Positions 31,590 through 41,647 of a stretch of DNA of 64,000 nt are shown in pieces. A program made the translations under genes and the position numbers. Every line of letters starts with the position of its first letter. The first letter of the stretch is position 1. This DNA comes from Anaerohalosphaeraceae bacterium (GTDB lineage Bacteria > Planctomycetota > Phycisphaerae > Sedimentisphaerales > Anaerohalosphaeraceae), in NCBI GenBank assembly GCA_963675525.2, contig CAXXSL010000011.1, positions 256,001 through 320,000 on the forward strand, given 5' to 3'. The notes under the pieces are model-generated. The model had not been told where the DNA came from. It did not search any database and saw only the letters and a list, made by a program, of their open reading frames with translations.

Positions 31590-33398
31590 TTATTTCCGAC
31601 GTTTCTTCTTCGGCGGCATGTCAACTTGCAGTCGGCGGATTTGGGCGAGCAGCTTGTGTTTGCCGCGTGGGCCCATCGCCCCTTCGATCAGTTTCCAATT
31701 GCGTTTGTCGTAATATTGCAAGAGTGCCGCCTGCAGGCGTTTTTCACCGCGGCCTTTGGGAATATGAATGCGTTTGCCTTTCGGCGACAGGCCGGAGACA
31801 TACATCGCCGTCGCCAGCGCCAGCGGAACGGGCACAAAATCCTGCACCTGCCGCGGCCGCCAGTTTCGGTCAACAAGATACTCGGTCAGGCCAATCGCCT
31901 CGTCCTCGCCGCTGCCGGGATGGGCACTAATAAAATACGGCACGAGATATTGTTCTTTGCCTGCCTTTTTCGTTGCTTTTTCAAACACCTTCTCAAATGC
32001 TTCAAATGTCTCGTTGTGCGGTTTCTGCATCATATCCAGCACATGTGGACATGTGTGTTCGGGCGCAACCTTTAAATGACCGCCGACAAAGTGCCCGGCG
32101 AGCAGATTAACATACTCAGGACTGTGCAGTGCCAGGTCATGCCGGATGCCCGAGGCGACGAAGATGTGTATCTTTTTCTTCTGCCGCTTCTGCCAGGCGA
32201 GTACCTTTCGCAGCAGCGAGACAACCTGCCTGTGCGAGGCGGGCAGTTTCGGACAGGGTTTCGGGAACAGACAACTGTCGCGTTTGCACGTGCCGGCATC
32301 GGCGCAGGTCATGCCGTACATGTTCGCGGTCGGACCGCCGATGTCTTCGATGGTGCCGCAAAACTGCGGATGCTGAATGATGCGGTCGAGTTCGCCGATG
32401 ATCGACTGCTCACTCCGGCTGGCGATCTGCTTACCCTGATGGAAATAGATCGCACAGAAACTGCATCCGCCAAAACAGCCGCGATGGCTGGTCAGGCTGA
32501 ACTGCACCGGCTTCAATGCCGGGATGCCGCCAAGTTTGTCATATTTCGGGTGGCACAGACGCGTAAACGGCTGAGCGTACAGGGTATCAAGCTCCTCGGT
32601 CATCAGCGGCGCCGCTGGCGGATTGACGACGATCTGCCCGGGGCCCTGCTCCTGGACCACCGGTTTGCCGGAGGGCCGTGCCTCCTGTTGATACGCTAAT
32701 TGAAACGCCATGAACTTTTCGTTGTCGGCCTCCAACTCCTCCCGTCCCGGCAGCTCAACCACCTCGGCCGGAACCGTTACATCCCGAATGACCCGGTAGG
32801 CCAGTCCCGGAATGTCGGTCATGTCGTCAATCGTTTTTCCGGCGTCGAACCGGCGGGCGATTTCCAGAATCGTCCGCTCGGCCATGCCATGTACCAGCAA
32901 ATCGGCTTTGGCATCGGCCAGCACGGAACGCTTGAGCTTGTCTTCGATATAGTCGTAATGCACCAGTCGCCGCAGCGACGCTTCCAACCCGCCCAATACG
33001 ATCGGCACGCCCTTGTAAGCTTCTCGGGCTCTGGCGGCATAGGCCAGCAGCGGACGGTCCGGCCGCAGGCCCAGCTTGCCGCCGGGACTGTAGAGGTCCT
33101 CTTTGCGTTTGTTGCCCATCGAGGCGTACATGTTCAGGCGGGAGTCGATGCAGCCGGAAGTGATGCCCCAGAACAGACGGGGTTGCCCCAGCGAGCGGAA
33201 CGGATCGACGATTTTCCAGTCCGGCTGGTCGAGAATCGCCACACGATAGCCGTGTGCGGCCAGCCACCGGCCGATCAGCGCAACCCCGAATGACGGATGG
33301 TCCACATAGGCATCGGCCGTGGCAAGGATGATATCCGCCTGGTCCCAGTCCAGCGCAACCATCTCTTGGCGGGTTGTCGGCAAAAAAGCGTTTTTCAT
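31590..33398 (-). CDS. YgiQ-family radical SAM protein
   Basis: [67 protein letters not shown]. Confidence 0.93.
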   Translation of the reverse strand: MKNAFLPTTRQEMVALDWDQADIILATADAYVDHPSFGVALIGRWLAAHGYRVAILDQPDWKIVDPFRSLGQPRLFWGITSGCIDSRLNMYASMGNKRKEDLYSPGGKLGLRPDRPLLAYAARAREAYKGVPIVLGGLEASLRRLVHYDYIEDKLKRSVLADAKADLLVHGMAERTILEIARRFDAGKTIDDMTDIPGLAYRVIRDVTVPAEVVELPGREELEADNEKFMAFQLAYQQEARPSGKPVVQEQGPGQIVVNPPAAPLMTEELDTLYAQPFTRLCHPKYDKLGGIPALKPVQFSLTSHRGCFGGCSFCAIYFHQGKQIASRSEQSIIGELDRIIQHPQFCGTIEDIGGPTANMYGMTCADAGTCKRDSCLFPKPCPKLPASHRQVVSLLRKVLAWQKRQKKKIHIFVASGIRHDLALHSPEYVNLLAGHFVGGHLKVAPEHTCPHVLDMMQKPHNETFEAFEKVFEKATKKAGKEQYLVPYFISAHPGSGEDEAIGLTEYLVDRNWRPRQVQDFVPVPLALATAMYVSGLSPKGKRIHIPKGRGEKRLQAALLQYYDKRNWKLIEGAMGPRGKHKLLAQIRRLQVDMPPKKKRRK

Positions 33399-33513
33399 AA
33401 AGAAATCGCCGTTCCTGGTTAAAATTGACGGTTGACAAAGTGGATAGTTTACTATACGATTCGCCTTTCGTCGAGTGCAATGCTTTCAGGAATGAAAATA
33501 TTACATAACGCAG

Positions 33514-33571
33514 TGTCATTCCCGCAAAGGCGGGAATCCAGCGTAAAAAAGTCCCGCCAAAGGCGGACTCC
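33514..33571. repeat. REP-like palindrome with dRS3-type core ATTCCC-N8-GGGAAT
   Basis: TGTC-ATTCCC-gcaaaggc-GGGAAT-CCAG at 33514-33541, plus a degenerate second hairpin at 33551-33571. Confidence 0.65.
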
Positions 33572-33612
33572 AAATTTTTAATATTTGCTGTTAGATCTTT
33601 GATATGACAGTC

Positions 33613-33686
33613 GGGCCCGTAGCTCAGTTGGTTAGAGCAATCGACTCATAATCGATTGGTCGCTGGTTCGAGTCCAGCCGGGCCCA
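33613..33686 (+). tRNA. tRNA with CAT anticodon, probably tRNA-Ile2
   Basis: GGGCCCGTAGCTCAGTTGGTTAGAGCA-ATCGA-CT-CAT-AA-TCGAT-TGGTCGCTGGTTCGAGTCCAGCCGGGCCCA; paired 1:72 position, so not the initiator; upstream TTGACA-N17-TACGAT. Confidence 0.93.
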
Positions 33687-33689
33687 CTT

Positions 33690-33938
33690 TTCCCTTTTGA
33701 TGAAATGGGGTAACAATCGCTTCCTAAAGCACCGCTTTTCAAGGTGTTACAATTTTCCCCTTCCATGACTTTTTTACTTTCTCCAGTGCCAACCGAAGAC
33801 AACCGATTCCTTGAAAAGCCAGTAAGATGTGTAAGTTGGTGTGTAAGCGCATCATCATCTGTTCCGGTTGCCTTTGCCTGTTCTGCTACCATAGCCGAAA
33901 AGTCCGGCAATCCCTGAATCGCCTTTGAAGTCTGCCCC
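33690..33938 (-). pseudogene. C-terminal remnant of a tRNA-targeting tyrosine integrase
   Basis: AIQGLPDF...AKATGTDD...LTHQLTH tail pointing at the tRNA 3' end and cut by an IS end; resembles planctomycete integrase tails (from recall, not searched). Confidence 0.5.
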
Positions 33939-34270
33939 TGTACGTCTTCAAGTAATATGAGACACATTAGCATTTTCGTTTAGAGACGATTTTGGCTCCG
34001 TTTCCGTTATTTTACAGTTTTCTTTCTTTCAAGGATTGTTTTGGTTTTCAATTTAGTCCGCTCTTTCAGGATTGCATCCCGTCTGCCGAAGTACACATCA
34101 TCGGGTGTGACATTGCCGACGCCTTCATGATATCGACCGGCGTTATACCAATTAATAAACCGACCGATTTCCTGTTCCAACTGATCGGGCGATTCCCACA
34201 CCTGCAGCAGGATACGTTCTTTCGCCGAGCGATGGAACCGTTCAATCTTGCCATTGGTCTGTTTGTATTG
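33939..34270 (-). mobile_element. IS3/IS481-like transposase remnant with one terminal IR
   Basis: [15 protein letters not shown]...[26 protein letters not shown] integrase-core C-terminus; terminal TGTACGTCTTCAAGTAATATGAGACA at 33939-33964. Confidence 0.85.
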
Positions 34271-34464
34271 GGAGATGATTGGGAATTTTAGAAAAAACAA
34301 GGATACCGGGCATTGTGCACCTCCTAATACTGCTATGGATGTTTTTTTTCACATATATTCGAAGTTTTTTTTAGTTTTTCTGTAAATATTCATTTTTCAT
34401 CGTATTTCTCTAAGGAAAGCAATAACGATAGCTTTAATGAAGCTAAACGAATTAAAGGATTTTA

Positions 34465-35013
34465 ATGGCTGTGAATTCTAATAATCAAAATGCTCCGCGT
34501 GATGAACAGTTTTTGCGTCTTTTGATGAGCAATCAAGAAAAAATATATGCATTTATCCTCTCGCTCGTACATAACAGTAACGATGCCGAAGATATTATGC
34601 AAGATGTCACCACTGTAATGTGGCGCAAATACGACACCTTTAAGCCGGGAACAAGTTTCATTGCCTGGGGAATCGCTATTGCACGTATGCTTGTACTCAA
34701 GTTTTTTGAGAAAAATCGACATTCCAAACTGTCATTTTCTCCCAATCTTGAAAAAAAATTGGCTTTGATAGCAACCGAAAAACTCACTTCCGAAAGAGAC
34801 GATCTTTTGGGAAACCTAAAAGACTGCCTAGGAAAACTGGACCCCCGTAATTACGAATTAATTAAAATGCGATATGTCGAAAAAAAACCGACAAAAGTGA
34901 TTGCTGATGAACGAGGTATTGCGCCCCACACCATGTATCGAATCATGGGAAAAATTCATGAAATATTGCATCGCTGTATCCGCCGGTCTGCATCCATTCA
35001 GGGGAGTATGTAA
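34465..35013 (+). CDS. ECF sigma-70 factor (Planctomycete/Verrucomicrobia type)
   Basis: IYAFILSLVHNSNDAEDIMQDV...FKPGTSFIAWGIAIAR; region 4 LIKMRY...IHEILHRCI. Confidence 0.92.
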   Translation: MAVNSNNQNAPRDEQFLRLLMSNQEKIYAFILSLVHNSNDAEDIMQDVTTVMWRKYDTFKPGTSFIAWGIAIARMLVLKFFEKNRHSKLSFSPNLEKKLALIATEKLTSERDDLLGNLKDCLGKLDPRNYELIKMRYVEKKPTKVIADERGIAPHTMYRIMGKIHEILHRCIRRSASIQGSM

Positions 35014-36680
35014 TGGGATATTCAGCGGGTAAAAGTGAGTTGTATAGTTTGGTGCTTCAGTCAATCGAAGGACGAATTTCAGAAAGTGACTTTGTCCGAC
35101 TGGAAAAATATTTGCAGGAAAGTTCAGAATACCGTGAGATTTATTCGGATCTGAATATTATGTACGCTTATTTGAGAAGGCCTGCATTGACTTTTAGTAT
35201 TGATTTTGATGCAGAACAATATCCTACATTTGACACTGATTTTTGGAAAGAACTTGCTGAAGATGAAAAAACAGCTCCCGAAATTGAGATATCTCAAGAA
35301 AAGAGTCGACGAGAGTTGATCCAAAAGGTTGTCTATCCCCCGCGGGAGAAGCTAAAAGTGAGTAAGTTCAGTATTGCCTTTCTGGCCATGAACGCCGCGG
35401 CCATACTTTTTATCGCACTGTTTTTAAAGTTTGTACCTTCTACACACAGTGTCGAGGTTGCGACTTTATCCGATAGCATCAATGCCAAATGGGCCGACAT
35501 TGATGCTTCCATGCAAAAAGGCACTCGATTAACTAAGAACAGCAACAAACTGATGCTTAGAGAAGGTCTGGTGGAGCTAAGCTTCGACAATCACGCGAAG
35601 ACCGTCATTGAAGCGCCTGCAGAATTCCAAATTCTTGCGGACGACCGGATTGGCCTTAATTACGGCAAAGTGTATGCGACAGTCCCGAAAGAAGCGATCG
35701 GTTTTTCTGTTTATACTCCGACCGCCAGGATCATTGATCTGGGGACCGAATTTGGGGTACAGGCGGAAGCGGACGGGGACACGCAATTGTATGTCCTGAA
35801 GGGCAAAACATCGCTTATTGCCGGGGACGAATCCCACAGGACCAGCATAGAAGTTACAGAAAACACCGCCAAGCGGGTGTCTGGTGTGGCACAGACAATT
35901 TCTGACATTCCTTGTAATTCGCGTTTGTTTATCCGGGAGATCGATTCCCATGAACAAGTCGCTTGGAGAGGCGAGAATATGGAACTGGCAAGCATCATTG
36001 CCGGAGGGAATGGATTTGACCCAGTCTTTAATGAGCGAACATTGAATCCCAACACGGGCGACTATGAGCAAAAGCCGCTGGTATCTAGCGCATATCCTAC
36101 GAATTCTTCTTACAATCGGGTTTCGGGTAACGTGTTTATCGATGGCGTATTTGTCCCTGATGGAAGCAATGGACCCGTGACGATTACTTCTCAAGGGCAT
36201 CATTTCGATTGTCCGGCAACCTCGGGGAATTTCAACCGTAATATCGCGGTATTTTATAAATCGTCCGATAAGGTTTCTTCAGATATGCAGCCGGCGCTCT
36301 TCGACGGAGTGGTTCATGGTTCACAGGAGCGGCCATGTGTACTGCTTCACAGCAATGTGGGTATTACGATCAATCTGGATCGTATCCGCCAGGCATATCC
36401 CGGCCGGAAGATAGAACAATTACAGACCAGATACGGTTTGACATGGGCAGAAAAAAATGGCAAGGCCGATTTTTTCATTCTGGTGGATGGAGTACTGAAA
36501 CATGAGGACAAGGCTTTGGCAAGTCAGGAAAATTCGCAGTCTGCAACCGTAACGTTAGAGCCTGATGCACGTTTTCTGACATTTGTTGTTACCGATGATC
36601 AGAAATCTTCAAGGTCGTCGGATATGGCTTATGAGTTTGACTTTTTCTACTTATTAGAACCCCAATTGGTTCTTCGATAG
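35013..36680 (+). CDS. FecR-like anti-sigma factor with C-terminal NPCBM-like domain
   Basis: TAATG overlap with the sigma gene, single TM, LREGLVELSF...IEAPAEF...GFSVYTPTARIIDLGTEFGV, HSNVGITINL. Confidence 0.85.
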   Translation: MGYSAGKSELYSLVLQSIEGRISESDFVRLEKYLQESSEYREIYSDLNIMYAYLRRPALTFSIDFDAEQYPTFDTDFWKELAEDEKTAPEIEISQEKSRRELIQKVVYPPREKLKVSKFSIAFLAMNAAAILFIALFLKFVPSTHSVEVATLSDSINAKWADIDASMQKGTRLTKNSNKLMLREGLVELSFDNHAKTVIEAPAEFQILADDRIGLNYGKVYATVPKEAIGFSVYTPTARIIDLGTEFGVQAEADGDTQLYVLKGKTSLIAGDESHRTSIEVTENTAKRVSGVAQTISDIPCNSRLFIREIDSHEQVAWRGENMELASIIAGGNGFDPVFNERTLNPNTGDYEQKPLVSSAYPTNSSYNRVSGNVFIDGVFVPDGSNGPVTITSQGHHFDCPATSGNFNRNIAVFYKSSDKVSSDMQPALFDGVVHGSQERPCVLLHSNVGITINLDRIRQAYPGRKIEQLQTRYGLTWAEKNGKADFFILVDGVLKHEDKALASQENSQSATVTLEPDARFLTFVVTDDQKSSRSSDMAYEFDFFYLLEPQLVLR

Positions 36681-37121
36681 AAACCGGTTCTGGTGTTGGA
36701 ATAGAATAAAGTTGTATCGTTTCTTTGAAATCTGAATAATCGACTTCAAAAAGTGTGATTGAACGTGATGAAATAAAAGGGTGAGCCGATCATAAGTTTT
36801 AGCGGACTCCGATCGGCCCACCTGTTCGAGTTCCGGGCTTTTTGCGCGCCCTGACGGAACCTAAACATGTCATTATACCCAACAAAACGGATCAGTCAAC
36901 CCGAAAAAAAATACGGGATTTATCCCTTTCTGGGCCCCAGGAAGATGATGGAACAAGATAACAGACACCCTTATGGGCAAAGCGATGCCAGGAAAGGTGG
37001 TCTGGAATTTAACTCATATCGTGAAGTGTGTGATGTGTGTGTAGTTGTAGTGTGTGTAAGTATGTAGTGGTTTGTAGTGTTGTTAATATAATGTAATATT
37101 TTTTTTGTGGAGGATGTAAAG

Positions 37122-37829
37122 ATGAAAAGTAAATTTTTAGTTGTGTTAAGTGTATTGCTGATGGCCGCGTCGAGTTTCGCCGGGACGCTCAATATAACCA
37201 ATGCCGGATTCGAAACGGACACGGCACCTGTGGTTGGCGCGACGGGTTGGACCATCACCTCGACTGTCGATGGCAATGTCGATCGCGATTGGTTCACCAC
37301 GACTGCCGGCGCTCCGGATTCCGCTGTTGACCCCGACGTGGCCGCCGAAGGCGACAACTGGCTTTCCTCGAATCGGTTGGCTGTCGGCTACGGCTCTAGC
37401 AACAACCCCCAGACAATTATACAGTTGATCGATATCTCTGGGGATGCAGCGCTGGTTGATCTGGGAACCGCGACAGTGAAGCTTGACTTCATGTTTGCGG
37501 ACAACGACCCATTGGACGATGCCACAGTCAACATCAGCTTCTTTTCAGATGTTGCCGGTACGACATTGATGATCGGGACCAACCTTACGACCGGGATTAT
37601 CGCGGAGACAGGTGGCGGGTACAACCTACCTGCAAACTGGGTGGCGAACAACCTGTCGGGTGCGGTACCTGCATTAGCCCGTTCGCTCGAGATTGAAATT
37701 GTGAATAATCGCACCGGTGGGTCGGCAGGAAATACCCACTTCGATGACTTTAGCGGGTCTATTGTTCCTGAGCCGGCTACGATGGCGATTCTGGGTCTGG
37801 GTGCATTGCTGATCCGTCGTAAGAAGTAA
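37122..37829 (+). CDS. PEP-CTERM surface protein
   Basis: GGAGG RBS, signal peptide, NAGFE start, VPEPATMAILGLGALLIRRKK. Confidence 0.92.
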   Translation: MKSKFLVVLSVLLMAASSFAGTLNITNAGFETDTAPVVGATGWTITSTVDGNVDRDWFTTTAGAPDSAVDPDVAAEGDNWLSSNRLAVGYGSSNNPQTIIQLIDISGDAALVDLGTATVKLDFMFADNDPLDDATVNISFFSDVAGTTLMIGTNLTTGIIAETGGGYNLPANWVANNLSGAVPALARSLEIEIVNNRTGGSAGNTHFDDFSGSIVPEPATMAILGLGALLIRRKK

Positions 37830-38098
37830 GCCAAGAAAAGTAAGATAACGCATCACCCTCTGTTTTAAGAGGCAGGGATGTAAAGATTTACTATTTTTTA
37901 CATCCCGGTCAAATGAGAGTAACGGGCCGTCATTGCTACTGTGATGGCGGTCCGTTTTATGGAACATATAAAAATCGATTTCAATCAGGGATATAACTCT
38001 GAAAACATAATATAAGAAATTTTTATCCGGCGATCGGATATTACAATTATGTATGTATTTTTAATCCATAGATCATTTATTGTTGAAAGGGAATGATT

Positions 38099-40414
38099 AT
38101 GAAAAAGACAGTAGTTTTTATGATGTCCATCGTTCTGATTATGACGGGCGCAGTGAATGCAGCGTTGCCGGTTACCAGTGGTCTGGTGACGCATCTGGAT
38201 GCGGACTCGCTTGGTCTTTCGAATGGTGCTTCGGTTGCCACGTGGACGGACCTGTCCGGCTTGGGCAACCATGCAACACAGGTCACAGCCGGTAATCAGC
38301 CGACGTATGTTGCCCATTCGGCTGCATTTGGAAATCATGCTTCCGTTCGATTTGACGGAACGGATGACTGGATGGATATGGTTGATGCGATCACCGTTAA
38401 CAGCTTTACGGTGTTTATTACGGGCAAACTCAATGATGCCGGTGCCACTACTCAGCAGTATTTTATTTCCGGTCAAAGCGGTAATCCTACGGCTCTTGAC
38501 AACCGTTTTCGAATCGCAAAATACAACTGGTCAACTGCATGGCGTTTCCGTGCCGGAAACTCAGCAGATTACGGGTCGGGCACAGTAGATACGCTTGGAC
38601 ACGTGCTTGCAATGAATAGTGTGTCGAACGCATGGGTTGACGGCTCCGCCGTTACCGGAGCAACCAACAGCGCATCATCAACACCGGCACTGAGTCTGGG
38701 CGGTTACATGCGTACCGGCGGTGCGGATTTTCTCAATGGTGAAATTGCAGAGGTGATTCTGTACAACCGCGTTCTGAACTCTACGGAAATGGAGCAGGTC
38801 TTTTTCTATTTGTCTACTAAGGTGCCTTATGATCCTGTTGTTGATGAAGTAACGCCTACGACGGTTGTATTAAATTGGAAAGCCGCAGCAGATCCGACCG
38901 GCGCCAATGCTGTCAATCCCGATATTGTTGACCAATATGTCTTTATGTCCGATGGCTCCGGGACAGATCCAAACCTGTATTATCTTGGTGCCACGGGAGT
39001 TGACCCCGGCACCGATGATCCAACCTCTCAGTATCCCGGTACAGGCACGGTAACGGTAGCTACCGATTCAACGTATGAGTGGGCAGTTGTGGAAGCGATG
39101 GATGGTAACACCCAAAGCTTGACCCCGGGAGTCAGCAAAATCACCCAGGTGGATCCCAATAATATCATCGGGCCGGTCTGGACCTATGTCTCACAAACAT
39201 CAGTTCCGACTATTTCGCAGCAACCTGAAGATGCCCGTGCTTTTTCTACAGATCCAAACGCTGTGTTTATTTGTGAGTTTTCCAGCGTCGAATCGGCAAC
39301 GGTTCTTTGGTACAAGAGCGGTAACGCGACGCCATTGTCCACAGGCGGCGATATTGTGATCACCCTAACCGATGACGGAAACGACAATTACATATCGACT
39401 TTAGAAATCTTTACGCCTGTATTAGCCGATGAGGGCGAGTACTATTGTGAGATTGACAATGGAACGCCGCTGGTGACCTCTGATACCGCGGCTCTGATTA
39501 TCAAACGACTGATGGCGCAGTATGACTTTGACGGCGACCTTGCCCCTGCCACAGGCAGTGCGGCAGATGCTCCGACGGGGACGGCCTTGGATACACAGGG
39601 TGACCCCAATTCACTGCTGGCAGTACCGGCAATGATCAACTATGTAAACGGTGCTGACTATGCCATAACTGGCGGCCAATCACTTTATCTGGACCCCAAC
39701 GAGTATGTTGATTTCGGCGTTGAGGGGTATCCCAAGGCCTACCCGGTTACCTCGAATGGTTACGGCGGCGGCCTGGACGAAGGTACAATCGTCTTCTGGG
39801 TCAAACCGGATGTGGACAAGTACCAGATCGTTCTGGGCAACTTTAACGATACCACGACTGGAACCGGCTTTTTGTCTGCCCTTCAGGCTGATGGGGACAA
39901 CGATCTTCTCGTCCGGAATGCAGCGGTCTATCTTGCTAATCACGTTGCAGGCCGCCCGGATCGTCCGGAATATGATTTGACCGACACAGCGTGGCACATG
40001 ATAGCCGCATGCTGGAGCGGTAACAACTCAAGGCTCTTTGTAGACGGTCAATCGGTTGGCAGCTTCACCGGCACCACACCGGCATCGTACGACGCATGGC
40101 AGCGTGGTGTTCTGCTGGGTTCAAGCCGTCAGGGTGCTCGTCATTTGCTGAGCGATATGTTTGGCGGCGGTGCAATTGACAACCTGAGAATTTACAACTA
40201 TCGAATCGATAACGGTGATGCTGTACTTGACATCGATGCATTTGCACAGGAATACTATGATAACACAGGTATCCTTCCGTGCACAGACACGCTCTTCTGG
40301 GGCGGTGCGGCCAACCTTGATAATACGGGCTCATCGTACTGTAAGATCGATTTGGCAGACTTTGCCGAGTTCGCCTTACGATGGTTAACAAATGGTTTGT
40401 ATCCTCAAGATTAA
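38099..40414 (+). CDS. Secreted protein: LamG-like module, Ig-like domain, LamG domain and dockerin-like tail
   Basis: Signal peptide, LVTHLDA...LNGEIAEVILYNRVL, Ig (ISQQP...DEGEYYCEIDN), LamG (WHMIAACW...IDNLRIYNY), CKIDLADFAEFALRWL. Confidence 0.8.
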   Translation: MKKTVVFMMSIVLIMTGAVNAALPVTSGLVTHLDADSLGLSNGASVATWTDLSGLGNHATQVTAGNQPTYVAHSAAFGNHASVRFDGTDDWMDMVDAITVNSFTVFITGKLNDAGATTQQYFISGQSGNPTALDNRFRIAKYNWSTAWRFRAGNSADYGSGTVDTLGHVLAMNSVSNAWVDGSAVTGATNSASSTPALSLGGYMRTGGADFLNGEIAEVILYNRVLNSTEMEQVFFYLSTKVPYDPVVDEVTPTTVVLNWKAAADPTGANAVNPDIVDQYVFMSDGSGTDPNLYYLGATGVDPGTDDPTSQYPGTGTVTVATDSTYEWAVVEAMDGNTQSLTPGVSKITQVDPNNIIGPVWTYVSQTSVPTISQQPEDARAFSTDPNAVFICEFSSVESATVLWYKSGNATPLSTGGDIVITLTDDGNDNYISTLEIFTPVLADEGEYYCEIDNGTPLVTSDTAALIIKRLMAQYDFDGDLAPATGSAADAPTGTALDTQGDPNSLLAVPAMINYVNGADYAITGGQSLYLDPNEYVDFGVEGYPKAYPVTSNGYGGGLDEGTIVFWVKPDVDKYQIVLGNFNDTTTGTGFLSALQADGDNDLLVRNAAVYLANHVAGRPDRPEYDLTDTAWHMIAACWSGNNSRLFVDGQSVGSFTGTTPASYDAWQRGVLLGSSRQGARHLLSDMFGGGAIDNLRIYNYRIDNGDAVLDIDAFAQEYYDNTGILPCTDTLFWGGAANLDNTGSSYCKIDLADFAEFALRWLTNGLYPQD

Positions 40415-40441
40415 AACGTATTTGATAGAGGGTCAGTAGAG

Positions 40442-40472
40442 AACCAGGCGGTGTTTACACCGCCTGGTTTTT
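40442..40472 (+). terminator. Intrinsic terminator
   Basis: aaccaggcggtg-ttta-caccgcctggtt followed by ttt. Confidence 0.8.
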
Positions 40473-40619
40473 GACCCTGAAAAAGAATCATTAAAAGAGG
40501 TTCTGTCTTAAGGCCTGTTGAATTACCTTTATGTGCGAAGGGTTTGCTGAGTTTTAAGAATATTTATTAAAGAGAATCAACGGAAGCGTTATATCAAACC
40601 GAATTAAAGGGAAAAGCCA

Positions 40620-41504
40620 ATGACACAGGTTGTGAACAAAAGAGGATTTACATTAATCGAATTGCTGGTCGTCATTGCGATTATCGCATTGCTTATGGCG
40701 GTCATCATCCCGAGTTTAGGTCTGGCCAAAAAGAAAGCGGCCTCGATTGTTTGCATGAGCAATACACGGCAGATGTCCCTGGCGTGGTATATGTATCAGG
40801 ATGAGAACGACGGAAAGCTGATGAGTTCGATGATGGAAAATGTTGGCGCCAATAGGGTCTGCAGAGAAGCCTGGATTGGTCAGCCTCATCTGGCAACGGA
40901 TAATACGACTTCTTCTTTAACGATGATTCAAATTTCGCCTCCGGTGACAGATGAAGATGAAATCAGGGGGGCGGAAAAAGGCAAACTGCACTCTTATATG
41001 GAGAACCCCGATGTTTATCATTGCCCGGCCGATAAGCTGCGCAAAGGGCCGGATGGGACCCGATTGTACGTCAGTTATGCGATTCCGATCTGTTTGAATG
41101 GATTCACGAATCCGACCAATGCAGATTATGAGTACCAAGTCAGGAAGTTTGGGCGGATAACCTCGCCCTCAAATAGATATAACTTTGTTGAAAGCGGCGA
41201 AAGTAGCAGAGGGAATTGGACTTATGGAGGCTATTTTATTATGGCGACTCCCAATTTCCACGGGAATGGCAGCTATGGTATGTGGTCGCCATTGGCGATC
41301 AGTCACGGCAACAGTGCCGTGTTTGGATTTGCGGATGGGCATGCTGAGTCTCACAAATGGCATGATGAAGTCGTTTTTGACCATTATTGGGCAACGGAAA
41401 ACACGGGGCCCGGGGGTAACTACGGCATAAATTCGTCGACGGATATCGGAGAAAGCGAAGACTTTGATTGGATGATTCGCGGATGGGCCTATATGGATAA
41501 ATAA
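40620..41504 (+). CDS. Prepilin-type N-terminal cleavage/methylation protein with H-X9-DG C-terminal motif (DUF1559-like)
   Basis: KRGFTLIELLVVIAIIALLMAVIIPSL, CMSNTRQ, YHCPAD, HGNSAVFGFADGHAE. Confidence 0.92.
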   Translation: MTQVVNKRGFTLIELLVVIAIIALLMAVIIPSLGLAKKKAASIVCMSNTRQMSLAWYMYQDENDGKLMSSMMENVGANRVCREAWIGQPHLATDNTTSSLTMIQISPPVTDEDEIRGAEKGKLHSYMENPDVYHCPADKLRKGPDGTRLYVSYAIPICLNGFTNPTNADYEYQVRKFGRITSPSNRYNFVESGESSRGNWTYGGYFIMATPNFHGNGSYGMWSPLAISHGNSAVFGFADGHAESHKWHDEVVFDHYWATENTGPGGNYGINSSTDIGESEDFDWMIRGWAYMDK

Positions 41505-41647
41505 AAAAGATAACAGCGTTTGTCAATTTTCCATTTAAGTTTTTCCTGTGTGTATAGCAGTGAAGTGTATCTAAAAAGAAAAAATTTTGGGCGGCCCAGA
41601 AGAGATTGCCTTTTATTTGTATAAATCATATTGATTGGGGGAGTAGA

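Noticed and set aside
33632..33973. 113-aa ORF as an intact gene
   Set aside because: It is a chimera that starts in the IS terminal repeat, crosses the integrase tail and ends antisense within the tRNA.
36970..37010. Possible c-di-GMP-I riboswitch (GGCAAA...GAAAGG)
   Set aside because: No GACGCAAAG junction and no second stem with a tetraloop receptor.
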